Shown: positions 10,409 through 21,211, counted from the first letter of the stretch. The stretch: DNA of 64,000 nt from an uncultured Gemmatimonadaceae bacterium (GCA_963751275.1 CAVVTZ010000009.1:256001-320000), one strand, 5' to 3'. A program made the numbers and translations. The notes: generated from the letters alone by a model not told the origin.

Positions 10409-11500
10409 CTTCCCGGGCATGTGATGTGCAGTCGCCGTTTCGAGCGCCCGGAGCATGATCTCGCGCGCCCTCACCACCCACGCACGATAGTCCGCATTAT
10501 CCAACCGCTCCGGCAACTCCGTCAACCGGTCAAGATCGAACCGCGTATCCCACACTCCTAGCCCCGCCTTCACCCCATCGATCGCATTCAACCGCTGCTC
10601 CACATGCCCTTCCACCGGCACTAGCAGCATCGGCTTCCCAAGATACCCCGCCTCGCACACGGATTCGAACCCCGCCGTGCACACGAGATGTCGGCATTCC
10701 GCCATCATTCGCAGGAACTTCTCGCCGTCCAATTGATGGAACGTGAGCGTCGCGTCATGCTCGAACACCGCCGGCGCGCCGGGTTTGTCGTAGAAACAAT
10801 GCAACACCGTCTCCGGATTCCGCTCGTGCCACGCGATCACGTGCTCGGCGTAGCCATGATTCACCATATAGACCAGCACGAACGCCCCGCCCACGGTCGG
10901 CTCGAGCTCGAACAGCCGCCGCCGGAGCAGTGGCGGCGCGACGATCATCTTGCGGTGTGGCAGGTCCGGCGCCGAATAATGTGACAACGCCAGCCACGTC
11001 GATCGCGCGCCCACGAGACGTGTATACCACTTGAGCCCCCACTGCTGCGCGCGCATCTCGGGCATGCGCGGGAAATCGGGATGTTCCAGCAGGAACTGAT
11101 GCCCGATCGCGATCACCGGCGGCCGCTCACGGTACGCGAGCGCATACACGCCGGTGAGCACTTCGTAGAAATTCAGGATCACATCGGGCTTGAGCTCGCG
11201 CACGAGCGCGGCCAGCGCGCGCACGCTGCGCGCATACTCAGGCAGACGCCGCAGCACCCTCGCGATCGTGGCCGGCATATTCACCGACCGGTTGCCCGTG
11301 TACGCGAACTCCAGCGTCGGGATCACCGTCAACGGCACCGGCATCGCCGAAGCAAAGTAATCCGGCAACTTCCGCTGCCGTCCCATTCCGACCACGACGC
11401 CCACGATCTCGTGCCCCGCGCTCTCCACGATCTCCCGAGCCGCCATCGCCTGGGTCAAGTGACCCCGCCCCTCGCCCTGCACGCAGAAGAGGATTCTCAT
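10316..11500 (-). CDS. Glycosyltransferase (MJ1255/VC2487-like GT-B)
   Basis: MRILFCVQGEGRGH; CTAGFESVCEA; HVEQRLNA. Confidence 0.85.
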   Translation of the reverse strand: MRILFCVQGEGRGHLTQAMAAREIVESAGHEIVGVVVGMGRQRKLPDYFASAMPVPLTVIPTLEFAYTGNRSVNMPATIARVLRRLPEYARSVRALAALVRELKPDVILNFYEVLTGVYALAYRERPPVIAIGHQFLLEHPDFPRMPEMRAQQWGLKWYTRLVGARSTWLALSHYSAPDLPHRKMIVAPPLLRRRLFELEPTVGGAFVLVYMVNHGYAEHVIAWHERNPETVLHCFYDKPGAPAVFEHDATLTFHQLDGEKFLRMMAECRHLVCTAGFESVCEAGYLGKPMLLVPVEGHVEQRLNAIDGVKAGLGVWDTRFDLDRLTELPERLDNADYRAWVVRAREIMLRALETATAHHMPGKAAANSKQSRVTASLQSTVNSSQKTDHERAM

Positions 11501-12221
11501 GAAGATCGAGTAAAGTGATCCTGCCGTCGAAGTCCTCGACCAGCGCCGTGCAACTCTCCACCCAATCGCCGCAATTGAGATAGCGCACGCCGCCAATGTC
11601 CTTGATCTCGGCGCGGTGGATGTGCCCGCAGATCACGCCGTCGGCATTCTGATGCCGCGCCATCTGCGCGATCGTGCGCTCGTAGTCGCCCATGAAGGCC
11701 ACCGCCGCCTTGGCCTTCCCCTTGAGATAGGCCGCGACGGACCAGTAGCCGAAGCCCAGGCTCCGGCGCAGGCGGTTGAAATAGAGATTGACGTCGAGGA
11801 TCCAGTCGTACAGATGCGATCCCACGCGCTCGAGCAGCGGCCCGATGCTCGTGAGCCCGTCCGCCTGGTGCCCGTGCAGCACGAGATATCGCTTGCCGTC
11901 GGCGCCGACGTGGATCACTTGCCGCGCGAGGGTCACACTGCCGAATTGCAGGCCGGTGAAGTCCTCGAGGAATTCATCATGATTCCCCGTGATATAGATC
12001 ACGCGCGTCTGCTTGCGGCTCTTGCGCAGCACTTTCTGGATCAGGACGTTGTATTCATCCCGCCAATACCACTTGGAGCGCAACTGCCAGCCATCGATGA
12101 TGTCGCCGACGAGATAGAGATAGTCGGAGTCGTTGTCGCGTAGGAAATCGAGGAGAAGATCGGGGCGGGAGTGTTTTGTGCCGAGGTGGAGATCGGAGAT
12201 CCAGATCGAGCGGTAGTGCAT
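11238..12221 (-). CDS. UDP-2,3-diacylglucosamine diphosphatase-like metallophosphoesterase
   Basis: SDLHLG, GDIIDGW, GNHD, HGH, CGHIH, NCGDW motifs; long C-terminal tail overlaps the glycosyltransferase. Confidence 0.9.
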   Translation of the reverse strand: MHYRSIWISDLHLGTKHSRPDLLLDFLRDNDSDYLYLVGDIIDGWQLRSKWYWRDEYNVLIQKVLRKSRKQTRVIYITGNHDEFLEDFTGLQFGSVTLARQVIHVGADGKRYLVLHGHQADGLTSIGPLLERVGSHLYDWILDVNLYFNRLRRSLGFGYWSVAAYLKGKAKAAVAFMGDYERTIAQMARHQNADGVICGHIHRAEIKDIGGVRYLNCGDWVESCTALVEDFDGRITLLDLHENPLLRAGRGAGSLDPGDGGSGDRGERGARDRGRRGRNGTAAEVAGLLCFGDAGAVDGDPDAGVRVHGQPVGEYAGHDREGAAASA

Positions 12222-12310
12222 GGATGGAATTCAATGGGTCGCGGTCATCATTGCCGCGCGTTTGCGTAACTGTTCGGTCACAACTACCAGCCATCCCCAG
12301 AGCGCGTACG

Positions 12311-12492
12311 GTTGCAGCTAACAGCCAACAGTCACGAGTACCTGCCAGTCTACAGTCAACAGTCAACAGCTCACAGAGAACGGATCACGAATGCGCGATG
12401 TACATCGCGCGCTCGTGGTCTGCTTTCTGTGACCTGTTGACTGTTGACTGTTGACTGGCCGTCACTCGTGACTGTTGGCTGTTAGCTGCAAG
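12311..12492. repeat. Family A palindrome copy 2
   Basis: Same ~70-bp arms as copy 1, with a self-complementary core. Confidence 0.95.
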
Positions 12493-12595
12493 CTTCCCGG
12501 GCATGTGATGATGGGCAGTTCGCCTCCGCCCCATGGAACCTTGGAACCTGCCGGTGTAGGAGATATCAATACCACTCCTTCCCACGGAGGCCCTC

Positions 12596-13021
12596 ATGTC
12601 CCTGTCCGTCCGTCCCCTGTTCGCGCTCGCGCTTGTCACTTCCCTCATCGCCTGCAGCTCTGACAGCACCGGTCTTACCGAGAGCCAACAGACCGCCGAG
12701 CGCTTGAAAGGGACCTGGGCCGAGCCGTTCACGATCCCGGGTTCATCGTTCATCATGACCCTCGATACGCAGGACACCACCGTCACGGGCACGGGCTTCT
12801 TCAGCTATGAAGCCGGCCCGGCCGGGACGCTGAGCGTTACCGGCACGGTGTCGGGAGAACAGGTGGATCTCGACGTCACCTACAGCACCGGCCTGCACGA
12901 GCATTTCCGCGGCGGAGTGCAATTCGACACCTTCAGCGGAGACTCGTGGAGCACGCCAGTGGGAGATCCTGCGCCATTCACCCTGAAGCGAACGACACCG
13001 CCAGGCTCGAATCCGGTCTAG
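12596..13021 (+). CDS. Hypothetical lipoprotein
   Basis: GGAGG RBS; lipobox LIAC. Confidence 0.75.
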   Translation: MSLSVRPLFALALVTSLIACSSDSTGLTESQQTAERLKGTWAEPFTIPGSSFIMTLDTQDTTVTGTGFFSYEAGPAGTLSVTGTVSGEQVDLDVTYSTGLHEHFRGGVQFDTFSGDSWSTPVGDPAPFTLKRTTPPGSNPV

Positions 13022-13158
13022 CACCGCCGGCAGCCGTCATGGTGGTTCGGCTCGCGGCGGTGTTTATGAGTTTCACCGTGTGGCGAGTGGGGGGTCGTGT
13101 GGCGGCTGCCGGCTGTCCCATTAACTGCGTACTACCTACGGATCACCAGGACTGGAAG

Positions 13159-13343
13159 GTTGCAGCTAACAGCAAACAGTCACGAGTGACTGCCAGTCTA
13201 CAGTCAACAGTCAACAGGTCACAGAAGACGGATCACGAGCGCGCGAAGTGCGTCGCGCATTCGTGATCCGTTTTCTGTGACCTGTTGACTGTTGACTGTT
13301 GACTGCCGCGCCGTTCTCGTGACTGTTTGCTGTTAGCTGCAAC
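13159..13343. repeat. Family A palindrome copy 3
   Basis: Same arms as copies 1 and 2. Confidence 0.95.
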
Positions 13344-13360
13344 GTGAAGCTCTCTCGTAG

Positions 13361-15362
13361 TCAGTTCGGCTTGATCCCGACTGCTCGATCGAGCTCCGCC
13401 GGCGAATAGAGCACTCCATTCTTCATCACCACCGCCACCTTCCTCACGTCGGAAATATTCGCCGCCGGATGCCCATCCACCACGATCATATCCGCCAACT
13501 TCCCAACCGTCACCGACCCCAACGACTTATCCATCTTCATCACCCGCGCCGCCCCGATCGTCGCGATCTTCAATACCTCGGCCGGCGCGATTCCCGCCTG
13601 CACATACAGCTCCAACTCCCGATCGTACGCGAACCCGGGAAATCCATCCGTCCCCGCCACGATCACGAGCCCATTGTCATGCATGATCTTCACCATCCCG
13701 AGCATCGCCGCAAAACTGTCCTTATACCGCTGATCCATCCCCTCCGGCACCGGCAGCCCGCCCGCGAGCAGTCCGCGCCGCACTCCACTCGGCAGCCGGT
13801 CGGCCACCATGACATAACCCGGATCGATCGACCCCTTCCGCGCGACGAACATATTCTCGAACACATTCACCGTGGGATCGAGCACGGTGTGATGCGCCTT
13901 CAAGAGCGCGACGAAATCCGCAAAGCTCGGTGACCCGAAATCGAACTGCGCCGCCTTCTGCGCCACCGCGGTGAATCGCGCCGGCGTCCGCGTGTCCGGC
14001 ACGGAATCGATCCAGAAATTCAGGAAAAGGAAATTCGCGTGCTGGATCTCATCGTATCCGTCATTCACGGCCTGCGTCGCCGTCATGAACGCCGGCACGT
14101 GCCCGCTCACGCGCAGCCCCAGCTTGTGCGCTTCGGCCGCGATCACGGGCACGAGCTCCGGCTTCACCGAGCTGTAGATCTTGATCTGCACATAGCCCAG
14201 CTTCGCCACGCGATCCACGATCGCGCGCGCGGTGTCCGCGTTGTCCGCGAGCAATTTCGTGGGACCCGCGTACGGACCGGGTCCGTCGATGAGCGCCGCG
14301 AGAATGAGCCGGGGACCGAGCAGGGATCCGTCGGCGAACCGCTTCTGCCGCAGGAGCGATTCATCGACATCGTTGCCCAGATCGCGCACGGTCGTGATCC
14401 CGGCCTGGAGGAACAGCAGACCGTCGTCGTCGCCGAGGTGGACGTGCATATCCCACATCCCGGGCATGACCGTCTTCCCCGCGGCGTCGATCACCTGCGC
14501 GCCCGCGGGGACCTTCACTTTCGCGTTCGGCCCGACGGCGGTGATCTTGTCGCCCTGCACGACGATCGTCGTGTGCGGCACGATCGTGCCGGTGAGGGCA
14601 TCGAACAGATCGGCATCCTTGAATACCACGGGCCCCTTGGGCCGGTGCGCGAGCGACGCCGCCATGCGCGCCGTGCGCGCGGAATCGCCCACGGTCTGGA
14701 TCGCGATCAGCTCGGCGGCGCTCGATTCCCACCCTTTCCGAATGACGGTCATCCAACTGCTCGGGACGGCGAAGAGCGTCGTGTCGGTGTCGTACCAGAG
14801 CGAGAATGGGGTGAAGCCGAAGCCGGTGAAGGAATATTGAATGACCGTGCGGGACGCGCCGTTGGCGTGCAGCGTGACCGAGCCCACGCTGTCGACATGC
14901 ACTTCGCCGGCGGGGAGCATCTTGATGCTGTGCCCCGGCGCGCGCAGGATGAGGCGCGCGAGAATGGTGTTCTCGATGTTCGCGCCGTCCATGCTGTTGT
15001 AGAAGACGGGCACGGTGATCGGCGCGCTGCCCTGTTCCGCGGAATTCTTCCAGATGCCGGTATTGTTCATCACGGAATAGGATTCCGCGACGGGAGTATT
15101 GAGATAATCGTGGCCGGTGGTGTTGACCGTGAGTTGCGTGCCATCGGCGGCGAGGGTGACGGTCTCATCGTACGACGGTCCGCGGCCGCGGTCGTTGAAT
15201 TCATAGTGCGCGTTCCAGCTGCCATTGGCGCTGCGCCAGTCTTTTTCGAAGCCGGCGGGGTGGCCGGCCATGATCAGGGAATAACTGATGGTGTCTGACT
15301 GCCTGCGCTGCCGTGGTAAAGGCGGCGAAGCACATTGCGGCGGCGGCGATTGAAAGGCGCAT
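13361..15362 (-). CDS. Secreted amidohydrolase family protein; frameshift near 15295 separates the signal peptide
   Basis: PGMWDMHVH, GITTVRDLG, AGTDG, GKLADM; signal peptide MRLSIAAAAMCFAAFTTAAQA starts at 15362 in another frame. Confidence 0.88.
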
Positions 15363-15400
15363 GGAGTGTTCCCTTGGGGGAGAGTACGAGGGGGCCTATG

Positions 15401-15583
15401 GTCGCAGTAAACAGCAAACAGTCACAAGTGACCGCCAGTCTACAGTCAACAGTCAACAGCTCACAGAGAACTGACTGCGGACGGGCGAAAACATCAATGC
15501 CCCCGCGGATCCGTTCTCTGTGAGCTGTTGACTGTTGACTGTAGACTGGCAGGTACTCGTGACTGTTTGCTGTCTACCGCAGC
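15401..15583. repeat. Family A palindrome copy 4
   Basis: Same arms with a divergent core. Confidence 0.95.
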
Positions 15584-15590
15584 GTTGAGA

Positions 15591-18095
15591 TCACTCAGAG
15601 CGCAGTGCCGTCAGCGGATCCACCTTCCCAGCCCGTCTCGCCGGCACCAAGCTCGCCACCGCCGCAACGCCAAGCAGTACCACTCCCACTCCCACGAACA
15701 CCACCGGATCATACGGCGATACCTGGAACAACATCGGCCTCACCCACTTCCCAGCCACCATCGCGATCCCACCCCCGATCACCACTCCCACGCTCGCCAA
15801 TATCATCCCTTCACCCAACACCAATCTCACAACGTCGGAAACCTGCGCTCCCAGCGCCACCCGCACTCCGAGTTCGTGCGTCCGCTGCGCGACATTGTAC
15901 GAGATCACGGAATACAGCCCGATCGCCGCCAACACCAATGCCAACACCCCGAACACCGTGAACATCGCCGCCCCCAGCCGCCACGATTGCATCTCGCGCC
16001 CGACGATGTCCGCGAACGGCACGACATTCACATACGACGCCCCAGGCATTTGCGCCTGCAATCGCTTGCGCAGCGTTTCACCATCCCCCGCCCGCGCGCC
16101 TTTCATGCGAACCAGGATCGAAAAATGACCCGATACGTTCGCTTGCGCAGCGCTAATGTAGTAGAAATATCCTGGATCGTCCGACAGACTTCGCGATTTC
16201 GTATTCTCCGCGATCCCCACCACATACGTGCACGGCATCGTGTCGGCGTCCAGCTTCATGCACTGCCCGAGCGCATCCGCGTGCGGCCATAAGATCTTCG
16301 CCATCGACTCGCTCACCACCGCCGACCTCGGCGCTCCCGCGATGTCGGCGGCGGTGATCCCGCGGCCGCGGATGATGCGCGTCCCCACCGTGGCGAAGAA
16401 GTCCGGGGTCACCGCATTGAGATCGAACTCGCCCAGCTTGTCCACCGAATCGATCCCGGCCACGTGGAGATCGGTGTTCCACATGCTCCAGAAGGGGAGC
16501 GTCGCGCTGAGCGCGGCATGCTCTACGCCGGGCATCGCCTGCGCCTGCTCGAGCAGGTTGTTCGTCAACTGCGTGTAGTGCGCGCTGTCGAGCTTCACGC
16601 CGCGCATGATCGGATTCACGACCTGCACCAGCGACGCATCGTAACCCAGCGGCATCGAATTCACGTTCCGCAGCGATCGCACGAACAATCCCGCGCCCAC
16701 CAGCAGCACCACGCTCAGCGCCCCCTGGAATACCAGCAGCCCGATGCGCAGCCGGGAGCGATGCACCGCGCCCTCGCGCGCGCCCGCCTTGAGATCCACC
16801 GTGAGATCCGCGCTCCGCGTCTGGAAGATCGGCGCGAGTCCCGTGAGCAATCCCGCCGTGAGCGCCGCGATGCCGGCGAAGACGAGCACGCGCGGATCGC
16901 TGATCACCGCCGCGCCTTCGGTCTTGGGCAGCATGGTCGCCCGCAGGATCGCGCCGCCGAACTGCGCGAATACCACCCCCACCACGCCGCCGAGCACGGC
17001 GAGCAGCACGCTCTCGGTGAGGAGCTGCGCCGCGAGACGCCCGCGGCTCACGCCCAGCGCCAGCCGCACCGCCACTTCCCGCTTGCGGCGCAGCGCGCGC
17101 GCCAGCAGCAGGTTCGCGACGTTCGCGCACGCGATGAGCCACACCACGATGGCGACGCCGGCGATCCAGGTCGCCACCTTCGCTTCGCTCGACTCACGCG
17201 GGCCCCGCTCGGCCAGGATGGATGCGACGATCGCGTGCGGCTTCGCGAGCGCCGGCGGCGTCTCATTGTGATCCGCCGCGGCCTGCGCGGCATATTCGCG
17301 CTGGAACGCGCCGCTCACATCCGCCGTCGCCGCGTCGAGCGAGACCCCCGGCTTCCGCTCGGCGATCATCTGCGTCCACTGCCAGTGATAGGTCGATTCC
17401 CACGATTCGCCGCGCAGGCGGAGATTCTCCCCCAGTTCGTGCCCGTACGCCGAGATGGGGATGAAGGCCGCGGGGGGCTGCGACGGCCATGTTCCGACGA
17501 AGCCCGCGGGCGTGACGCCGATGATGGTATAGCGCGTGGCGCCGATCTGGATCGGCTGCCCGATGGCGTCCGCGCGTCCGCCGTACTGTGTTTGCCACAG
17601 ACCATAGCTCAGCACGGCCACCGGGGTTCCAATGGGCGCGACGTCTTCTGCGGGGCTGAAGTATCGCCCGGCCACGGGGGGCGCGGTGAAGAAGCCGAAG
17701 AAGGCCGCACTGACCGCGGCGACATCCATCTCGCGCGCATCGAGCCCTTCGCCGATCGCGACCTTGCGCTCGAAGGTGGCCGCCGTCCGCTCGAAGGAAT
17801 GGGTCTCTTTCGTGAGATCCATGATGCGCGCATAGGGCATGGTGCCGCCCGCGAATTCCTTCCCGCGATAGCTGGTGGCGAGATAGATCCTATGCGTCCG
17901 CTCCGGCGCCGTGAGCATGGGCGGCGGGCGGAAGAGCAATTGGTCTACTATTGAGAAGATCGCGGCGTTTGCCCCGATTCCGAGCGCGAGCGTGAGGACG
18001 ACGGCGAGCGTGAAGCCGGGTTTGTTGCGGAGGCCGCGGAGGGCGTAGGTGAGGTCTTGTTTGATCGCTTCCCAGCGGTTTTCGGTGGTGGGCAT
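15591..18095 (-). CDS. ABC transporter permease, duplicated MacB/FtsX (ADOP-type)
   Basis: QDLTYALRGL..PGF, LALGIGANAAIFS, IACANVANLLLAR, RTHELGVRVALGA, DPLTALRSE. Confidence 0.92.
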   Translation of the reverse strand: MPTTENRWEAIKQDLTYALRGLRNKPGFTLAVVLTLALGIGANAAIFSIVDQLLFRPPPMLTAPERTHRIYLATSYRGKEFAGGTMPYARIMDLTKETHSFERTAATFERKVAIGEGLDAREMDVAAVSAAFFGFFTAPPVAGRYFSPAEDVAPIGTPVAVLSYGLWQTQYGGRADAIGQPIQIGATRYTIIGVTPAGFVGTWPSQPPAAFIPISAYGHELGENLRLRGESWESTYHWQWTQMIAERKPGVSLDAATADVSGAFQREYAAQAAADHNETPPALAKPHAIVASILAERGPRESSEAKVATWIAGVAIVVWLIACANVANLLLARALRRKREVAVRLALGVSRGRLAAQLLTESVLLAVLGGVVGVVFAQFGGAILRATMLPKTEGAAVISDPRVLVFAGIAALTAGLLTGLAPIFQTRSADLTVDLKAGAREGAVHRSRLRIGLLVFQGALSVVLLVGAGLFVRSLRNVNSMPLGYDASLVQVVNPIMRGVKLDSAHYTQLTNNLLEQAQAMPGVEHAALSATLPFWSMWNTDLHVAGIDSVDKLGEFDLNAVTPDFFATVGTRIIRGRGITAADIAGAPRSAVVSESMAKILWPHADALGQCMKLDADTMPCTYVVGIAENTKSRSLSDDPGYFYYISAAQANVSGHFSILVRMKGARAGDGETLRKRLQAQMPGASYVNVVPFADIVGREMQSWRLGAAMFTVFGVLALVLAAIGLYSVISYNVAQRTHELGVRVALGAQVSDVVRLVLGEGMILASVGVVIGGGIAMVAGKWVRPMLFQVSPYDPVVFVGVGVVLLGVAAVASLVPARRAGKVDPLTALRSE

Positions 18096-18197
18096 CGTTC
18101 GGGCTCCGCGTGGCGGGTCGGCTGGGGGGGCGAGGGGTCAAGATTGTGACACAATTCTGGCTTGGACGGTTGGCGTCCTACAGACTATCACCAGGCC

Positions 18198-18388
18198 GGG
18201 AAGATTGCAGTAAACAGCAAACAGTCACGAGTACCTGCCAGTCTACAGTCAACAGTCAACAGCTCACAGAAAACGATCCAGCGCGCAGGAGAACCTACTG
18301 CGCAGGGGCCTGCCTTCTGTGAGCTGTTGACTGTTGACTGTAGACTGGCGGTCACTCGTGACTGTTTGCTGTTTACTGCAACCTTCCC
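18198..18388. repeat. Family A palindrome copy 5
   Basis: Same arms; lies between the divergent permeases. Confidence 0.95.
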
Positions 18389-18450
18389 CCGGCAAGTGAT
18401 GCAGGGTAGTGTCGTACCAACCCTCCCCCACCCGGGTGTGTCAAACATCC

Positions 18451-20925
18451 ATGCCCTCCCTCCGCTCCCTCGCCCGCAACCGCGCCTTCACCGCCACCGC
18501 GACCCTCACGCTGGCCCTCGGCATGGGCGCGACCACTGCGATCTTCACTCTCATTAAGAGAGTCGTCCTCGACCCACTCCCGTATCCGCACCAGGAACAA
18601 TTAGTCCGACTCACCAACCCCATGCCCGGCGTCGGACCGAATGTCGAATGGTCCCTCAGCACCGCACAATATTTCTACTTCACCGAACACGCGAAAACGC
18701 TCGCGAAGATCGGCCTCTTCCGCGAAGGCGGACTGAATTTCGCCTCCAGCACCCCAGGCGCCGAACCCCAGCGCGTCCACTCCGCCCGCGTCACCGCCTC
18801 CATGATGGACCTCCTGGGCGCTCGTGCGGTCCTGGGCCGGATCATCAATCAGAATGATGACATTCCCGGCGCCCCGCCCGTCGCCATGCTCTCGCGCGAT
18901 TTTTGGCGCCGGCAATTCGGCTCCGACCCATCGGTAGTTGGCACGACCATCCGCCTCGATGACGAGCCCGTCCAGATCATCGGCATCATGGCCCCCGGCA
19001 TCGAACTCCCCCTCGAACGCGGGCAGGCTGTCGGCGTCGCGAGCGATGTCTGGATCCCCCGCCGCCTCGATCCCGCGGGCCCGTTCTACAATAACCACGT
19101 CAACCCGGGCATCGCCCTCCTCGCCCCCGGCGCCACGCTCGCCTCGGTGAGCGCCGAGCTCGATCAGCTGACCCAGCAATTCCCCGCGGCTTTTCCCGTG
19201 GCGTATTCAGAGAATTTCATCAAGAACTTCCACACTCGGCCCACTCCGCTGAAAGAATACGTCGTGGGCGCCGCCGCCAAGAATCTCTGGATCCTGTTCG
19301 GCGCCGTCGCGCTCGTTCTCCTCATCGCCTGCGCGAACGTCGTCAATCTCTTCCTCGTCCGCTTCGAGGCAAGGCGCCGAGAATTCGCCATTCGTGCGGC
19401 ATTAGGCGCCGGCTGGCGCAATGTCGCCATCGATTCATTCCGCGAATCATTGATCCTCACGCTCGCCGGCTCCGTCCTCGCGCTCGGGATCGGCTACGCC
19501 GGCACCCGCTGGCTCGCGGCCCTCGCCCCGTCCAGCCTCCCCCGTCTCGCCGACCTCCAGCTCGACGCCGGTGTCTTCGCGTTCACGATCGTCCTCGCGA
19601 TCGTCATCGCCGCCTTCCTCGCCCTCGTGCCCGTTCTCCAAACGAATCGCCCCGACGCCCTCGGCGCACTCGGCGACAGCAGCCGTACCGCATCATCGAA
19701 CCTCCAACGTCGAAGTTTCCGCAACGTTTTGGTTGTTTCCCAGGTCGCCCTTGCATTGGTGTTGGTGATCGGTGCCGGATTATTGCTCGAATCATTCCAC
19801 CGTCTGAGCTCCGTCAGCCCCGGCATCGACGCACGGAACACGCTCACCGTCGAGATCTATCCGTCCTCGCAACGCTACCCCAGCATGGAAAAGCTGTGGC
19901 AATTCTATGCGCAGGTGAGCGAGAAAGTGCGCGCGATCCCCGGCATCGCCTCGGCCGGTTTCACCGAGGAATTGCCCTTCAGCGGCGATTTCGGATGCAC
20001 CGTGCAAGGATTCGAGGATGCCGGTGTCTATGAGCAGCTGAAACGCGCACACCAGACGACGTGCGCCGGCCAGGAGACGACGTCGCCGGGCTATTTCGCT
20101 GCAATGGGCATTCCGGTGCTGAAGGGTAGGGAATTCACTCCGAACGATAATGATGCGCCCACCACCGGCGCCGTGATCGTGAGCAAGACATTCGCCGACC
20201 GCTTCTGGCCCGGTGAGGATCCGATCGGGAAGGGCACGGGCCCGAACGGCCGCAATACGCCACCGTTCTATCATGTCATTGGCGTTGTCGGCAATGTGCA
20301 TGTCTCGAGTCTCGACGGCGAGATGGCGAATGCGATTTATTATCCCCTCGTCGCGATCCCGCACACAGGGCGATGGTTCGATGGCGAAATGGCGCTCGTC
20401 ATCAGAACATCGCGCGGCAGTCCGGAGAGTTACTTGAATGCCGTCCGCCGAGCGGTGGCGGAGGTCGATCCCACCGTTCCGATCGCGAACGCGGTTGAGA
20501 TGGAGAGCGTCGTTGCGAAGTCGATGAGCCGGCTTACGTTCACCATGACCTTGCTCGCGATCGCCGGCGTGACGGCACTATTGCTGGCGGCGATCGGGTT
20601 GTACGGCTTGATCGCCTACATTGTCGAACGGCGCACGAACGAGCTCGGCGTTCGATTGGCGCTGGGAGCGCAGCCCGGCCAAGTGGAAGGATTGGTCGTG
20701 GGCGGGGCGATGAGGCTTACTATAGTAGGACTGGCGATCGGGGCGGTGGTGGCGCTTGGGTTCTCGCGGCTGCTGGCGTCGTTGCTTTACGGAATTGCAC
20801 CGTGGGATCTTGCGGCATATCTCGGCGCGATCGGGGTGCTGGGAGTGGTCGCGATCGTGGCGGCGTGGGTGCCGGCGAGGAGGGCGGGGAAGATCGATCC
20901 TGCCGTTGCCTTGCGGGCTGAGTGA
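18451..20925 (+). CDS. ABC transporter permease, duplicated MacB/FtsX (ADOP-type)
   Basis: LALGMGATTAIF, IACANVVNL, RTNELGVRLALGA, DPAVALRAE. Confidence 0.92.
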   Translation: MPSLRSLARNRAFTATATLTLALGMGATTAIFTLIKRVVLDPLPYPHQEQLVRLTNPMPGVGPNVEWSLSTAQYFYFTEHAKTLAKIGLFREGGLNFASSTPGAEPQRVHSARVTASMMDLLGARAVLGRIINQNDDIPGAPPVAMLSRDFWRRQFGSDPSVVGTTIRLDDEPVQIIGIMAPGIELPLERGQAVGVASDVWIPRRLDPAGPFYNNHVNPGIALLAPGATLASVSAELDQLTQQFPAAFPVAYSENFIKNFHTRPTPLKEYVVGAAAKNLWILFGAVALVLLIACANVVNLFLVRFEARRREFAIRAALGAGWRNVAIDSFRESLILTLAGSVLALGIGYAGTRWLAALAPSSLPRLADLQLDAGVFAFTIVLAIVIAAFLALVPVLQTNRPDALGALGDSSRTASSNLQRRSFRNVLVVSQVALALVLVIGAGLLLESFHRLSSVSPGIDARNTLTVEIYPSSQRYPSMEKLWQFYAQVSEKVRAIPGIASAGFTEELPFSGDFGCTVQGFEDAGVYEQLKRAHQTTCAGQETTSPGYFAAMGIPVLKGREFTPNDNDAPTTGAVIVSKTFADRFWPGEDPIGKGTGPNGRNTPPFYHVIGVVGNVHVSSLDGEMANAIYYPLVAIPHTGRWFDGEMALVIRTSRGSPESYLNAVRRAVAEVDPTVPIANAVEMESVVAKSMSRLTFTMTLLAIAGVTALLLAAIGLYGLIAYIVERRTNELGVRLALGAQPGQVEGLVVGGAMRLTIVGLAIGAVVALGFSRLLASLLYGIAPWDLAAYLGAIGVLGVVAIVAAWVPARRAGKIDPAVALRAE

Positions 20926-20940
20926 AACTGTGAAGACTGT

Positions 20941-21149
20941 CACCAGACCGGTAAGGTTGCAGCTAACAGCGAACAGTCACGAGTGACCGCCAGTCTACAG
21001 TCAACAGTCAACAGCTCACAGAAAACGATCCAACGCGACGGAGATACTATTGCGCACGGGCCGGATTTCTGTGAGCTGTCGACTGTTGACTGTAGACTGG
21101 CAGGTACTCGTGACTGTTGGCTGTTTACTGCAATCTTCCCGGTCTGGTG
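20941..21149. repeat. Family A palindrome copy 6 (with extended outer arms)
   Basis: caccagaccgg..gttgcagctaacagc ... gctgtttactgcaatcttcccggtctggtg. Confidence 0.95.
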
Positions 21150-21211
21150 CTCCGTGACTTTTTCCGGTCCCGTGGGTAGTAATAGCTGTCCCTAACCGTA
21201 GAAGGTGCCCC

